Shown one piece after another: positions 27,289 through 36,721 of a DNA stretch of 64,000 nucleotides. Under the pieces are notes generated by a model. It was given only the letters and a program-made list of their open reading frames with translations, searched no databases and had not been told where the DNA came from. The stretch is from assembly GCA_002353205.1 (NCBI GenBank), contig DEJE01000048.1:11665-75664 (forward strand), written 5' to 3'. Made by a program: the position numbers and the translations under genes. This stretch comes from Prevotella sp. UBA2756 (GTDB lineage Bacteria; Bacteroidota; Bacteroidia; Bacteroidales; Bacteroidaceae). Position 1 is the stretch's first letter, and each line of letters opens with the position of its first letter.

Positions 27289-29931
27289 TTATCTCTTCAT
27301 CATTTTCGTCGTCTCCACCGAGCGGTCGCTGTGCTGCTTCCGCGCGATGTAGAGTCCGCTCGGCATGTCGGCCAGGTCGATGTCGCTGCTGTCGGTCTGC
27401 TGTTTCAGCAGGATGCCGCTCGTGTTGTAGAGCTTCACCGACCTCACTTCCCTCTGTCCGCTGGTGATGCCGATGCCCGTTGAGATCAGAATATCCTCAC
27501 CCATCAGACTGTTCAGGAAGATTTCCAGCGCCGTGTAGCCCTCGGCCGAGTAGACGCGCTTGCCGTCCTCGCCGTCGGTGGGGTCCAGTCCGTGCTCGCG
27601 CTCCCACGCGTCGTCCATGCCGTCGTGGTCGTTGTCAGCGTAGGGCGTGCCGCTGTCGTATGTCGGCCAGCCCTCAGCGTCGGCCGGCGAGTCGATGAAT
27701 CCCGCCTTGTTCAGCGTGCTTCCCTTGTAGTGAGCGGTCTTCGTGGCCACCTCGTCCACGATGCGCTGCTCCACGGCGTCGCGGCGGATGGTGCCCACAC
27801 GGGCCAGCACGCTGGCATAGGCCGCGTCGGCAGTCTCCACGGGCGTCATGTAGTCGTCGTAGTCGAAGGCGTTTTTCGAGGGATAGAAAGCCGATGGATA
27901 GAGCAGCGTGTCGCGGCGCAGCTGCTCCACGGTGTACTGCGTGTTGTTGTCGACGGCTTTCCAGTTGTCGCTGTCGGCGGCTGTGTTGCCTTCCATCTTG
28001 TTGCCATGGAAGAACCATAGCGACGGCCCTGTCGACGTCTTCCCCTTGCGGTTGTTAGAAATCTGCATGAAGAAGCTGCCCGAGGGCGTGCTCGGACCGG
28101 GCTTGTAGTAGTTGCCCACGAAGTTGCATTCGTGCGTGCTGTGCGGTCCGGCCTCGTTCTCGCCGCCGTAGCACGAGTTCTTCTTGCCCCAGTTGTAGTT
28201 CACATTATTATAGTATTCCACGAAGACGTTGCGGTCCTGGCTCTCGTTGCTCGCTCCGTTGATGCGCGACGAGCGGTTGTAGTTGTGCGCCAGCAGGTTG
28301 TGGTGGAACGTGGCGGGCGAGCCGCCCCACTGGTTGCCGTAGCTGCGGTTGCCCTTCTGGTGTCCGGCGTCGTAGAGTCCTTCGTGCACGATGGTCCACT
28401 GCACGGTGGTGAAATGGTTGTCGTAGACGGTCATGTTCTCCTCGCCGCTCCATCCGAAGCAGCAGTGGTCGATGATGAAGTTGTTGGCGTTCTCGATGCC
28501 GATGCTGCCGCCCTTGATGAAGGTCTGGTCGTCTTTCAGTCCGATGCGGCCGCGTATGTTGCGCATGATGAAGTTGTCCGACCCGCCGAGGTTCAGCTTG
28601 CCGCCGCGATAGAGGATGCCGTCGCCGGGAGCCGTCTGCCCGGCTATGGTCACGTTGCGCAGCTTGGCGCGTATGTCGCTGTTCAATGTGATGGTGCCAC
28701 TGACGCGGAACACGATGGTGGCATACTCGCGGCCGGCCTCGGTGAGCGCCCACCGCAGCGACCCTTCGCCCGAGTCGTCGAGGTTGGTCACCTCAACCAC
28801 CTTGCCGCCACGGCCCCCCGAAGCAAACTTTCCGAAGCCGCGGGCCGTCGGGAAAGCCAGCAGTCGCTGCTCCACGGGGGCGTAGTCGTCGACGGCGAGG
28901 GCATGGTGGGCGGCGATGACAGCCTCGGGGTCGAAGCTCACCGCGTTGCCGGTGCGCTTCATGAAGACGCTGTCCACGGCGTGCCACGTCATCAGCGCGC
29001 GGTAGTCGGCGTCGGTCATCTGATGGCTCCAGGCCACGCGACGCGACACGTCGGCCGGAGTGCCGTCGCCGTTGGTGCTGCGGTATTCGGCGAAGAACGA
29101 TTTCTCGCCTGTGTTGCCGCCCATCGTGGTCCACCCCTCCGGTCTCACCACGTCGCCGAGGTTGCAGTCAAGGAAGATGCTGCCGCACTTCTCGCTGCCC
29201 CACGGGCGCCCCAGGTACATGCTGTTTTTGCCGATTCCATCGCCGTTGATGCGACATTTGTTGAAGATGAAACCCAGCCACAGCCGCTGTCCCGACGGTC
29301 CGTCGGCCCAGATGGTGATGTCTTCGGGAGCCGTGACGTAGCCGTTGGCGATGCAGTTGAGCGTGCACTGCTCGAACCACGCCGTGCCGCCGGCATAGAT
29401 GAAGTCGGTGGCTCCCTCGATGAGGCATTGCTTGAAATAGCTGCGTGTCAGTTTCTTCGTGCGGTGGGTGTCCTGGTAGCCGCGAATGTGGCAGCGGTAG
29501 TAGGTCTGGCGGTCGCCCGACACGAAGAGAGCCAGCGCCTGTCCGCCCGCCTTCCCGCTGGTGTTGCGCAGCGTGATGCCCTCGGCGTAGAAGTCGTCGG
29601 CATAGACGGCGAGGGCTGCCGTCTTCTCTATCGACGTGTTGTTGGGGTTCTTCCCAAGGTCCGACGAGATGATCGTCTCCCCTGCCCCGTCGCCGATGAG
29701 GCTCAGCTGCTTCGTGCTGGGGCGCTGCTTCGTCCCTATGCTGACGCGCTCCTCATAGGTCCCGGCCTTGACGAGGATGGTTGTGGCCTCGCCGTCGGGT
29801 GCTGCGTCGACGGCTTCCTGTATGGTAGTGAAGTTGCCCGTGCCGTCTTTGGCCACGGTGATGCTGCCCTGAGCGTGCGCTCCTGCTGTCGCGGCGGCAA
29901 GCAGGAGCAGGCTGAGAAAGGTCTTTTTCAT
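27289..29931 (-). CDS. Pectin methylesterase (CE8) - pectate lyase (PL1) fusion with T9SS-type C-terminal domain
   Basis: VAKDGTGNFTTIQEAV, GQALAL, GYQDT, IEGATDFIY, YLGRPW (CE8); AFPTARGFGKFASGGRGG, VTNLDDSGEGSLR, TIAGQTAPG, IIDHC (PL1); C-terminal LYNTSG..MPSGLYI..TTKMMKR. Confidence 0.9.
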   Translation of the reverse strand: MKKTFLSLLLLAAATAGAHAQGSITVAKDGTGNFTTIQEAVDAAPDGEATTILVKAGTYEERVSIGTKQRPSTKQLSLIGDGAGETIISSDLGKNPNNTSIEKTAALAVYADDFYAEGITLRNTSGKAGGQALALFVSGDRQTYYRCHIRGYQDTHRTKKLTRSYFKQCLIEGATDFIYAGGTAWFEQCTLNCIANGYVTAPEDITIWADGPSGQRLWLGFIFNKCRINGDGIGKNSMYLGRPWGSEKCGSIFLDCNLGDVVRPEGWTTMGGNTGEKSFFAEYRSTNGDGTPADVSRRVAWSHQMTDADYRALMTWHAVDSVFMKRTGNAVSFDPEAVIAAHHALAVDDYAPVEQRLLAFPTARGFGKFASGGRGGKVVEVTNLDDSGEGSLRWALTEAGREYATIVFRVSGTITLNSDIRAKLRNVTIAGQTAPGDGILYRGGKLNLGGSDNFIMRNIRGRIGLKDDQTFIKGGSIGIENANNFIIDHCCFGWSGEENMTVYDNHFTTVQWTIVHEGLYDAGHQKGNRSYGNQWGGSPATFHHNLLAHNYNRSSRINGASNESQDRNVFVEYYNNVNYNWGKKNSCYGGENEAGPHSTHECNFVGNYYKPGPSTPSGSFFMQISNNRKGKTSTGPSLWFFHGNKMEGNTAADSDNWKAVDNNTQYTVEQLRRDTLLYPSAFYPSKNAFDYDDYMTPVETADAAYASVLARVGTIRRDAVEQRIVDEVATKTAHYKGSTLNKAGFIDSPADAEGWPTYDSGTPYADNDHDGMDDAWEREHGLDPTDGEDGKRVYSAEGYTALEIFLNSLMGEDILISTGIGITSGQREVRSVKLYNTSGILLKQQTDSSDIDLADMPSGLYIARKQHSDRSVETTKMMKR

Positions 29932-29969
29932 TTTCTGTAGCTGTTTGTTTCGTTCTGTCATGCTATGTG

Positions 29970-29998
29970 AAAGACGCTGAAACGCTCGTTCTGTAACT
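29970..29998 (-). promoter_or_regulatory. Putative ECF promoter for CE8-PL1
   Basis: Sense strand AGTTAC-N16-CGTCTTT, 41 nt before ATG 29931. Confidence 0.65.
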
Positions 29999-30036
29999 AT
30001 CCCTTGTTTCTACCGCTCACTTGTATAGCCGTTGAC

Positions 30037-30290
30037 CCTCTTGTGCCTCGCCATTCAGTCTCTTGTGCCGTGCCGTCGAGCCTCTTGTGCCTCGCCATTC
30101 AGGCTGACTTGCCGTGCCGTCGAGCCTCTTGTGAATGGCCGTTCAGGCTGACTTGCCGTGCCAGACAGATTCAACCGCCCTGCAAAACAAATTGAACCGC
30201 CCTGCAAAATCAATTGAATTGCTCAGCAAAACAAATTGAATTGCGCAGCAAAATAATTTAAATTGCCGCGCTATCCAATTTGTTTTACAA
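30037..30290. repeat. Composite 22-bp tandem array: six GC-rich units alternating A/B (44-bp higher order), then about five AT-rich units
   Basis: CCTCTTGTGCCTCGCCATTCAG at 30037 and 30081, variant at 30125; GCTGACTTGCCGTGCC at 30103 and 30147; GCAAAA at 30182, 30204, 30226 and 30248. Confidence 0.9.
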
Positions 30291-30424
30291 TGAAAAACGC
30301 CTCCCCCGTCATCTGAAACGCGCGCCCCCGACATCCCTTTTGCGCCCATTGCACATTCTCGGAGGGGAGATTATGATTCCTTCATCAAGTTATCAAACAA
30401 TCATATTCCTCCCAAAGCGGTATA

Positions 30425-30925
30425 CTAAAGCCCCTCGATTTCTTCCGAGGTCAATCCTGTATAGTGCGAGATTCGTTGTGTTTCCATGCCATCGCGTTTC
30501 ATGCGCCGGGCGATTTGCACGAGACTCTTATGGGCAGCAGACTCTGCGATGGCGACTTCATTTTTCTCCCACTCGTTCCAATCGGTTTCTGAAAGATATC
30601 GTATCACTTGCTCACGCAGAGGTTGCAGGTCATCTTGAATCACATTCCAAACCTCTTTCGGCCTTATCTGATAATAGTCATGCACTAATACGTGACGCAT
30701 CTTCATTATGAAATCCCACGGTGTTTCAGAGTGTTGCTGTCGGTATGAATGAGTGAGTTTATAAACTGCTTCGCCTATCATCTCAATGTTCTTTACAACA
30801 CCGTAGTATCTCAATGTATCTGCCTCAAGATCATCCAGAGTTTTGCCGTCGGCAAAATCAAGGATGGTAGTGATAGCCTCCACGATATGTTCGAGGCGGT
30901 CACGGTCTCTGACATTCTCTCTCAT
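30425..30925 (-). CDS. HepT-like (DUF86/HEPN) ribonuclease toxin with C-terminal extension
   Basis: IEMIGEA, PW...KMRHVLVHDY (RX4HXY) and VWNVIQDDL motifs. Confidence 0.88.
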   Translation of the reverse strand: MRENVRDRDRLEHIVEAITTILDFADGKTLDDLEADTLRYYGVVKNIEMIGEAVYKLTHSYRQQHSETPWDFIMKMRHVLVHDYYQIRPKEVWNVIQDDLQPLREQVIRYLSETDWNEWEKNEVAIAESAAHKSLVQIARRMKRDGMETQRISHYTGLTSEEIEGL

Positions 30926-31214
30926 AAATCAACATTCTGTCTTGGTTGACGCTATCTCTTACTCTGGGTCGCAATGTGCCATCCTCAACAATGTCAACAG
31001 GACGGTCAAGGATTTTCTCCAGCTCGCATATCATGGCAGCATGCTTCAACAGACTCACCCGGGCGTTGTCGTCATAGACCACGAGCAAGTCCACATCGCT
31101 CATGGGTGTTTCCTCTCCACGGGCGAAAGATCCGAAGAGCCAAGCCTTCACGACGGGCTGGGTCTTGAAATAGTCGGCTATGGCCTTGTTCATCATCTGT
31201 GTACTCATAATCAT
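30900..31214 (-). CDS. Minimal nucleotidyltransferase (MntA-like) antitoxin
   Basis: LFGSFARGEETPMSDVDLLV (GSX10DXD) and RPVDIV; overlaps the HEPN gene; TATTTTTG -7 element at 31235-31242. Confidence 0.9.
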   Translation of the reverse strand: MIMSTQMMNKAIADYFKTQPVVKAWLFGSFARGEETPMSDVDLLVVYDDNARVSLLKHAAMICELEKILDRPVDIVEDGTLRPRVRDSVNQDRMLIYERECQRP

Positions 31215-31349
31215 TTCGATTTTGAAATCTGTTGCAAAAATACAAAATCTTTCCGAATTATCGTGCTATATGTCAGAAAAAGTATTCCGATGAGGACTTG
31301 CCGGGCAGTCATCGCCCGTGAAAACGCTGGTGCTGTGGGTGAAGTGCGA

Positions 31350-31378
31350 GAGTACAAAGCGGGCGGGCATGCGTCTTT
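31350..31378 (+). promoter_or_regulatory. Putative ECF promoter for the 19-kb RG-II operon
   Basis: GAGTAC-N16-CGTCTTT, 29 nt before ATG 31405. Confidence 0.7.
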
Positions 31379-31404
31379 TTATAAAATAATGTATTGATAT
31401 ATAT

Positions 31405-32862
31405 ATGAAGAAGATTTCGTTTTGCTTTTTATGGATTGCGCTCGGCTGCATGTGGGCGAGCGAGATGGTGGCACAGGAGGCGCGCTATCAGGTGGGCGTG
31501 TGCGACTGGATGGTGCTGAAACGCCAGAAACTGGGCGAGTTCGACCTGGCCCGGCAGTTAGGGTGCGACGGTGTGGAGCTCGACATGGGCGGTCTGGGAC
31601 AGCGCGAGGCGTTCGACAACCAGTTGCGCGACGACGCACAGGCAGCCCGTTTCCACCATGTGGCCGACAGTCTGGGCGTGAAGGTGGGCGCAGTGGCCAT
31701 GAGTGGCTTCTATGCACAGGACCTGACGAAGAAAGATACCTACCTGTCGCTGGCCGACGACTGCTTCGACACGATGGACAAGATGGGCGGCGTGCGCGTG
31801 GCCTTCCTGCCATTAGGCGGCTGCGGCAACGACTGGACCACGGACAAGGCGAAGCGGAAGGAGATTGTCCGTCGTCTGCACGAGATGGGCGAACGGGCGA
31901 AGGCTCGCGGCAAGGTGATCGGTCTGGACACGCCGCTCGATGCGCGCGGCAACCTGAAGCTGCTGAAGGAAATCAAGAGTCAGGGCATCGCCATCTTCTA
32001 TAAGTTCCAGACGGCGCTGGAGTGCGGCGTGGACATCTGCAAAGACATGCAGCAGCTGGGCGCCAAGAAAATCTGCGCCATCCATGCCTCGAACACCGAC
32101 GGCCGCTGGCTGCGCAACGACTCGCTCATCGACCTGCCCGCCATCCGCCGCACGCTCGACAAGATGGGCTGGAGCGGCTGGCTGTTTGTGGAGCGGTCGC
32201 GCGACGTCAGCATGGTGCGCAACGTGAAGATGAACTACGGTGCCAACGTGTTCACGCTGCGCGAGGTGTTCAGCACGCCCGTGGAAGCCACGGTGAAACT
32301 GAACGACGAAGATCGGCCGGCCGACTACGTGCAGACCATCCTGAGCCGCGCTCAAAAAGCAACCGACGAGCTGAGCATGACCTACACGCGCGAAGGGCTC
32401 AACGTGCGCAACATCGTAGCCAACCGCTACTTCCAACTGAACGACATCTATGCCGAGCGCGACTCGCTGAAGAAGACGGACAAGAAGCTGGCGGAGGCCG
32501 TGGCCGACTCGAAGCTCTACCGTTCGCACTTCGCCTTCGACGCCGACCTGCTGCTGCGGCTCCGTCCGGATCAGGTGGAACGCGTGAAGGACGTGATGAC
32601 GTTCAATGTGGTGAAGGTGACCTACGACGCGCAGTGCGACATGATACCCTCGCTGAAGGAGGAGGAGAAGGCGCAGATCATGGCGTGGCTGAAGGAGGCG
32701 CGCGAGCTGGCCATCGACGCCGAGAGCTCGAAGAAGAAGCACGAGGTGTTCGGAAAGTACAAGGGCCGCATCAACAACTACCTCGCCAAGCGCGGCTACG
32801 ACCTGACGAAGGAGCGCGAGGAATGGTATAAGCGCGTGAAAGCACGAGGCGGAAAGTTATAA
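31405..32862 (+). CDS. Fusion of a sugar-phosphate isomerase/epimerase-like TIM barrel and DUF3826
   Basis: Signal peptide; GVCDWMVLKRQK, GCDGVELDMG, IHASNTDG, GWSGWLFVERSRD; C-terminal VKDVMT..VV.VTY.A..DMIPSL, AREL.IDA..KYKGRINNYLAKRGY. Confidence 0.75.
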   Translation: MKKISFCFLWIALGCMWASEMVAQEARYQVGVCDWMVLKRQKLGEFDLARQLGCDGVELDMGGLGQREAFDNQLRDDAQAARFHHVADSLGVKVGAVAMSGFYAQDLTKKDTYLSLADDCFDTMDKMGGVRVAFLPLGGCGNDWTTDKAKRKEIVRRLHEMGERAKARGKVIGLDTPLDARGNLKLLKEIKSQGIAIFYKFQTALECGVDICKDMQQLGAKKICAIHASNTDGRWLRNDSLIDLPAIRRTLDKMGWSGWLFVERSRDVSMVRNVKMNYGANVFTLREVFSTPVEATVKLNDEDRPADYVQTILSRAQKATDELSMTYTREGLNVRNIVANRYFQLNDIYAERDSLKKTDKKLAEAVADSKLYRSHFAFDADLLLRLRPDQVERVKDVMTFNVVKVTYDAQCDMIPSLKEEEKAQIMAWLKEARELAIDAESSKKKHEVFGKYKGRINNYLAKRGYDLTKEREEWYKRVKARGGKL

Positions 32863-32877
32863 AACGAAGAATGGATT

Positions 32878-34956
32878 ATGAATAGTTTTAGGCATTATAT
32901 TTTAGGAACGGCGCTGATGGTGGCTGTTCCCATGATGGGACAACAGAAAGGTATCAACGTCACGAAGAACAGCCAGCATGCCGTGATGAGTGCTACACCA
33001 GTTAACGCCACGCGCTGGACAGGCGGATTCTGGGGCGAGCGTTTCGACGTGCTGAGCAAGACGTCGCTGCAGAGCATGTGGGCTACGTGGCAGACCAAGG
33101 AGGGCAAGGGGTTCAATAATTTCCTCATCGCCTCGGGCGAGATGCAGGGCGAGCACCACGGTCCACCCTTCCACGACGGCGACATGTACAAATGGCTGGA
33201 GGCGGTGGCCGCCGTCTATGCCATCAACAAGGACCCTGAGCTGGAGAAGATCATGGACCGCTTCATCGGATGCGTAGTAAAGGCGCAGCGCGAAGACGGC
33301 TACATCCACACGCCCGTCATCATTGCCGAGCTGAACAAGAAGAAGAAAGAGCAACAGAACGGCGACGACGACACCGTGGTGGGAACGGCAACGGGAACGA
33401 AGAAGGACAAGGCTTTCGGTAACCGACTGAACTTCGAGACCTACAATCTAGGCCATCTCATCACAGCAGGCATCGTCCATAAACGCGCCACGGGGAAGAC
33501 AACGCTCTTCAACGCCGCCGTGAAAGCCGCCGACTTCCTCTACGACTTCTGTCAGCGCGCTCCCGAGGAGCTGGCCGGCAACGCCATCTGCCCCTCGCAC
33601 TATATGGCCGTGGCCGAAATGTACCGCGAGACGGGCAACAAGAAATACTTGGAACTGCTGAAACAGTTCATCGACATCCGCGGCATGGTGGAGAACGGCA
33701 CCGACGACAACCAGGACCGCATCCCCTTCCGACAGCAGTATCAGGCCATGGGACACGCCGTCCGCGCCAACTATCTCTATGCCGGCGTGGCCGACCTCTA
33801 CCTGGAAAGCGGCGAGGAGCAGCTGATGAAGAACCTGACAAGCATCTGGCAGGACATCGTCACGCGGAAGATGTACATCAACGGCGCCTGCGGAGCCCTC
33901 TACGACGGCACGTCGCCCGACGGTACGAACTACACGCCCGACAGCATACAGAAGGTGCACCAGAGCTACGGCCGGCCCTACCAGCTGCCGCACAGCACAG
34001 CCCACAACGAGACGTGCGCGAACATCGGCAACCTGTTCTTCAACTGGCGCATGCTGGAAGCCACGGGCGAGGCTAAATACGCCGACATCGTGGAGAACTG
34101 TCTCTACAACAGCATCCTCAGCGGCATCTCGCTCGACGGCGAGAAATATTTCTACACCAACCCACTGCGCATGAGCGACGAGCTGCCCTACACACTGCGC
34201 TGGCCCAAGGAGCGCACGAAGTACATCAGCTGCTTCTGTTGTCCGCCGAACACGCTGCGCACCCTGTGCGAAGCGCAGACCTATGCCTACGCCGTTTCCG
34301 ATGATGCCATCTACGTGAACCTCTTCGGCGAGAACACATTCACCACCCAACCCGATGGGAAGAACGAACTGACGCTGGCCCAGCACACGCAGTACCCGTG
34401 GGACAACAAGGTGCTGCTGGAAGTGGTGAAGGCGAAGAAAGCCGTCAACACGGTCATCAAGCTGCGCATTCCCGGCTGGTGCCACGAGGTCAATGTCAGC
34501 GTGAACGGCCGCCCCGTGCCCTACGACCGAGAGAAAGGCTACGCTGCCGTGAACGGAAAGTGGAAGAAGGGCGACATCATCACCTACTCCATGGAAATGG
34601 GAACACGCATCGTGGAGGCCAATCCGCTGGTGGAGGAGAACCGCGGACAGGTGGCCGTGCAGCGCGGACCGATTGTCTACTGTGCCGAGAGCCCCGATCT
34701 GGGCGACATCGACATTGACGACATCGCCATTCCCGTTGACGCGAAGTTCACACCCGTGGAGGTTGTCATCGACGGCAGCCGCATGATGGCACTGGAAGGC
34801 GAGGTCGTCGTTCGCGACGAAGCAACGTGGAAAGGACAACTCTACCGCGAAGTCTCGCGGAAGAACGAACGTAGAACCATCCGCCTCATCCCTTACTACG
34901 CGTGGGGGAACCGCGGTAAATCGGAGATGACCGTATGGATGCCCGCCGTTTATTGA
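32878..34956 (+). CDS. GH127 glycoside hydrolase (aceric acid hydrolase-like)
   Basis: FHDGDMYKWLEA, GHAVRANYLY, HNETCA, CFCCPPN and LIPYYAWGNRG motifs. Confidence 0.9.
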   Translation: MNSFRHYILGTALMVAVPMMGQQKGINVTKNSQHAVMSATPVNATRWTGGFWGERFDVLSKTSLQSMWATWQTKEGKGFNNFLIASGEMQGEHHGPPFHDGDMYKWLEAVAAVYAINKDPELEKIMDRFIGCVVKAQREDGYIHTPVIIAELNKKKKEQQNGDDDTVVGTATGTKKDKAFGNRLNFETYNLGHLITAGIVHKRATGKTTLFNAAVKAADFLYDFCQRAPEELAGNAICPSHYMAVAEMYRETGNKKYLELLKQFIDIRGMVENGTDDNQDRIPFRQQYQAMGHAVRANYLYAGVADLYLESGEEQLMKNLTSIWQDIVTRKMYINGACGALYDGTSPDGTNYTPDSIQKVHQSYGRPYQLPHSTAHNETCANIGNLFFNWRMLEATGEAKYADIVENCLYNSILSGISLDGEKYFYTNPLRMSDELPYTLRWPKERTKYISCFCCPPNTLRTLCEAQTYAYAVSDDAIYVNLFGENTFTTQPDGKNELTLAQHTQYPWDNKVLLEVVKAKKAVNTVIKLRIPGWCHEVNVSVNGRPVPYDREKGYAAVNGKWKKGDIITYSMEMGTRIVEANPLVEENRGQVAVQRGPIVYCAESPDLGDIDIDDIAIPVDAKFTPVEVVIDGSRMMALEGEVVVRDEATWKGQLYREVSRKNERRTIRLIPYYAWGNRGKSEMTVWMPAVY

Positions 34957-36704
34957 CCATCGTCAGCTCGTGGCTGTTCGCCTTGTGCGGCGTGCAGGCC
35001 TCGGGCGAGTTCTATATGGAAGTGGAACCCGGTGAATTCACCATCGAACAGGCCCTGCAGCAGGCCCGGCTGCTCGTCATGCAGCACTACGGCGACTGGG
35101 GCGTGCTGCAGCTGAAGCCGGGCGTCTACCGTCTGTCGCAACCCATCGTCGTCCGTCCTGAGGACAAATACATCACGCTGAAAGCCAATGGCGACGTAAC
35201 CATCAGCGGCAGCGTGCTCATCAAGGGCTGGCGCCGGCAGGGAAAGCTCTGGGTGGCCGACGTTCCTGAGTTCAACGGTCGGCCGTTGGAGTTCCGACAG
35301 CTGTGGGTGAACGGCCGGAAAGCCGTCAGGGCGCGCGACGTGAGCGACTTCGAGCAGATGCAGAAGATACGTTCGATGGACAAAGCGAAGGAGACGCTCT
35401 ACGTGCCGGCCGCCGCCGTGAAGGCCATTGCGAACGAGAAACACGCCGAGATGGTGCTCCACGAGATGTGGTGCGTGGCCAACCTGCGCATCAAGAGCAT
35501 CCGGATGATGGGCGACAGCGCCGCCGTCACCTTCCACAACCCCGAGAGCCACGTGCACTTCATGCACCCGTGGCCGTCGCCCATGGTGACACCGGGGGGC
35601 AAGCACAACTCGGCTTTCTACCTGACCAACGCGCGCAGCCTGCTCGATGAGCCCGGCGAGTGGTTTCTCGACACCGATGCGCACCGCCTTTACTACTATC
35701 CCAGGCCCGGCGAGGACATGCGCACGGCCGAGGTTGAGGCACCTGCACTGGAAACGCTGCTCCGTGTGGAGGGCACACCGGACCGTCCTGTGAGCCATGT
35801 GACCTTCGAAGGCATACGCTTCGCGCACACCACATGGATGCGTCCGTCGCTGAAAGGACACGCTCCGCTGCAGGCAGGCATGTTCATGACCGAAGCTTAC
35901 AAGATAGCTCCGAAGAAACTGATCCGTCGGAACGGTGACCACAAGCTCGACAACCAAGGATGGGTGGGACGACCCGAGGCTGCTGTCAGCGTGAACGGAG
36001 CCAATTATGTGCATTTCAAGAACTGCCGTTTCGAACATCTGGGCTCTACGGCGCTCGACTATCATCTCTTCGTCAAGGACTGCAGCGTCGAAGGATGCCA
36101 CTTTGAGGACATCGGCGGCACAGCCATCCTCGCTGGCAGCTTCGGATCGGAAGCCCACGAGGCGCACCTGCCCTACGATCCTGCCGACCGCCGCGAGACA
36201 TGCACCGATCTGACCATCGCCAACAACCGCATCCACGACGCCACCAACGAAGACTGGGGCTGCGTGGGCATCGGCGCAGGCTACGTGCGCGGCATACGCA
36301 TCGAGAACAACGAGATCAGCGACGTGTCGTATACAGGCATCAGTATGGGCTGGGGATGGAACCAACAGCCGTGCGCCATGGCCGACAACCACGTGCGCCG
36401 CAACTTCATCCACCACTATGCACGCCACATGTACGACACTGCCGGCATCTACACGTTGGGCTGCCAACCCCACACATTCATCGAAGAGAACGTCGTGGAC
36501 AGCATCTATACGCCCAGCTACGTGCACGATCCCGAGCATTGGTTCTATCTCTACACCGACGAAGGATCGAGCGGCATCACCGTCCGCAACAACTGGACGC
36601 CTTCGGAAAAGTTTCTGAAGAACGCCAACGGACTTGGAAACACGTGGGAAAACAACGGACCGCAGGTGAGCGACAGCATACGCGCCGCTGCCGGACCGAA
36701 ATAA
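34935..36704 (+). CDS. GH141 beta-helix glycoside hydrolase (alpha-L-fucosidase-like)
   Basis: FRQLWVNG, LLDEPGEW, SYTGISMGWGW and YLYTDEGSS; follows GH127 as in the RG-II locus. Confidence 0.82.
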   Translation: MDARRLLTIVSSWLFALCGVQASGEFYMEVEPGEFTIEQALQQARLLVMQHYGDWGVLQLKPGVYRLSQPIVVRPEDKYITLKANGDVTISGSVLIKGWRRQGKLWVADVPEFNGRPLEFRQLWVNGRKAVRARDVSDFEQMQKIRSMDKAKETLYVPAAAVKAIANEKHAEMVLHEMWCVANLRIKSIRMMGDSAAVTFHNPESHVHFMHPWPSPMVTPGGKHNSAFYLTNARSLLDEPGEWFLDTDAHRLYYYPRPGEDMRTAEVEAPALETLLRVEGTPDRPVSHVTFEGIRFAHTTWMRPSLKGHAPLQAGMFMTEAYKIAPKKLIRRNGDHKLDNQGWVGRPEAAVSVNGANYVHFKNCRFEHLGSTALDYHLFVKDCSVEGCHFEDIGGTAILAGSFGSEAHEAHLPYDPADRRETCTDLTIANNRIHDATNEDWGCVGIGAGYVRGIRIENNEISDVSYTGISMGWGWNQQPCAMADNHVRRNFIHHYARHMYDTAGIYTLGCQPHTFIEENVVDSIYTPSYVHDPEHWFYLYTDEGSSGITVRNNWTPSEKFLKNANGLGNTWENNGPQVSDSIRAAAGPK

Positions 36705-36721
36705 AGAAAAACAATTGCTAT

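Noticed and set aside
30037-30290. CRISPR array
   Set aside because: Units are contiguous 22-mers with no unique spacers, and no cas genes are present in the window.
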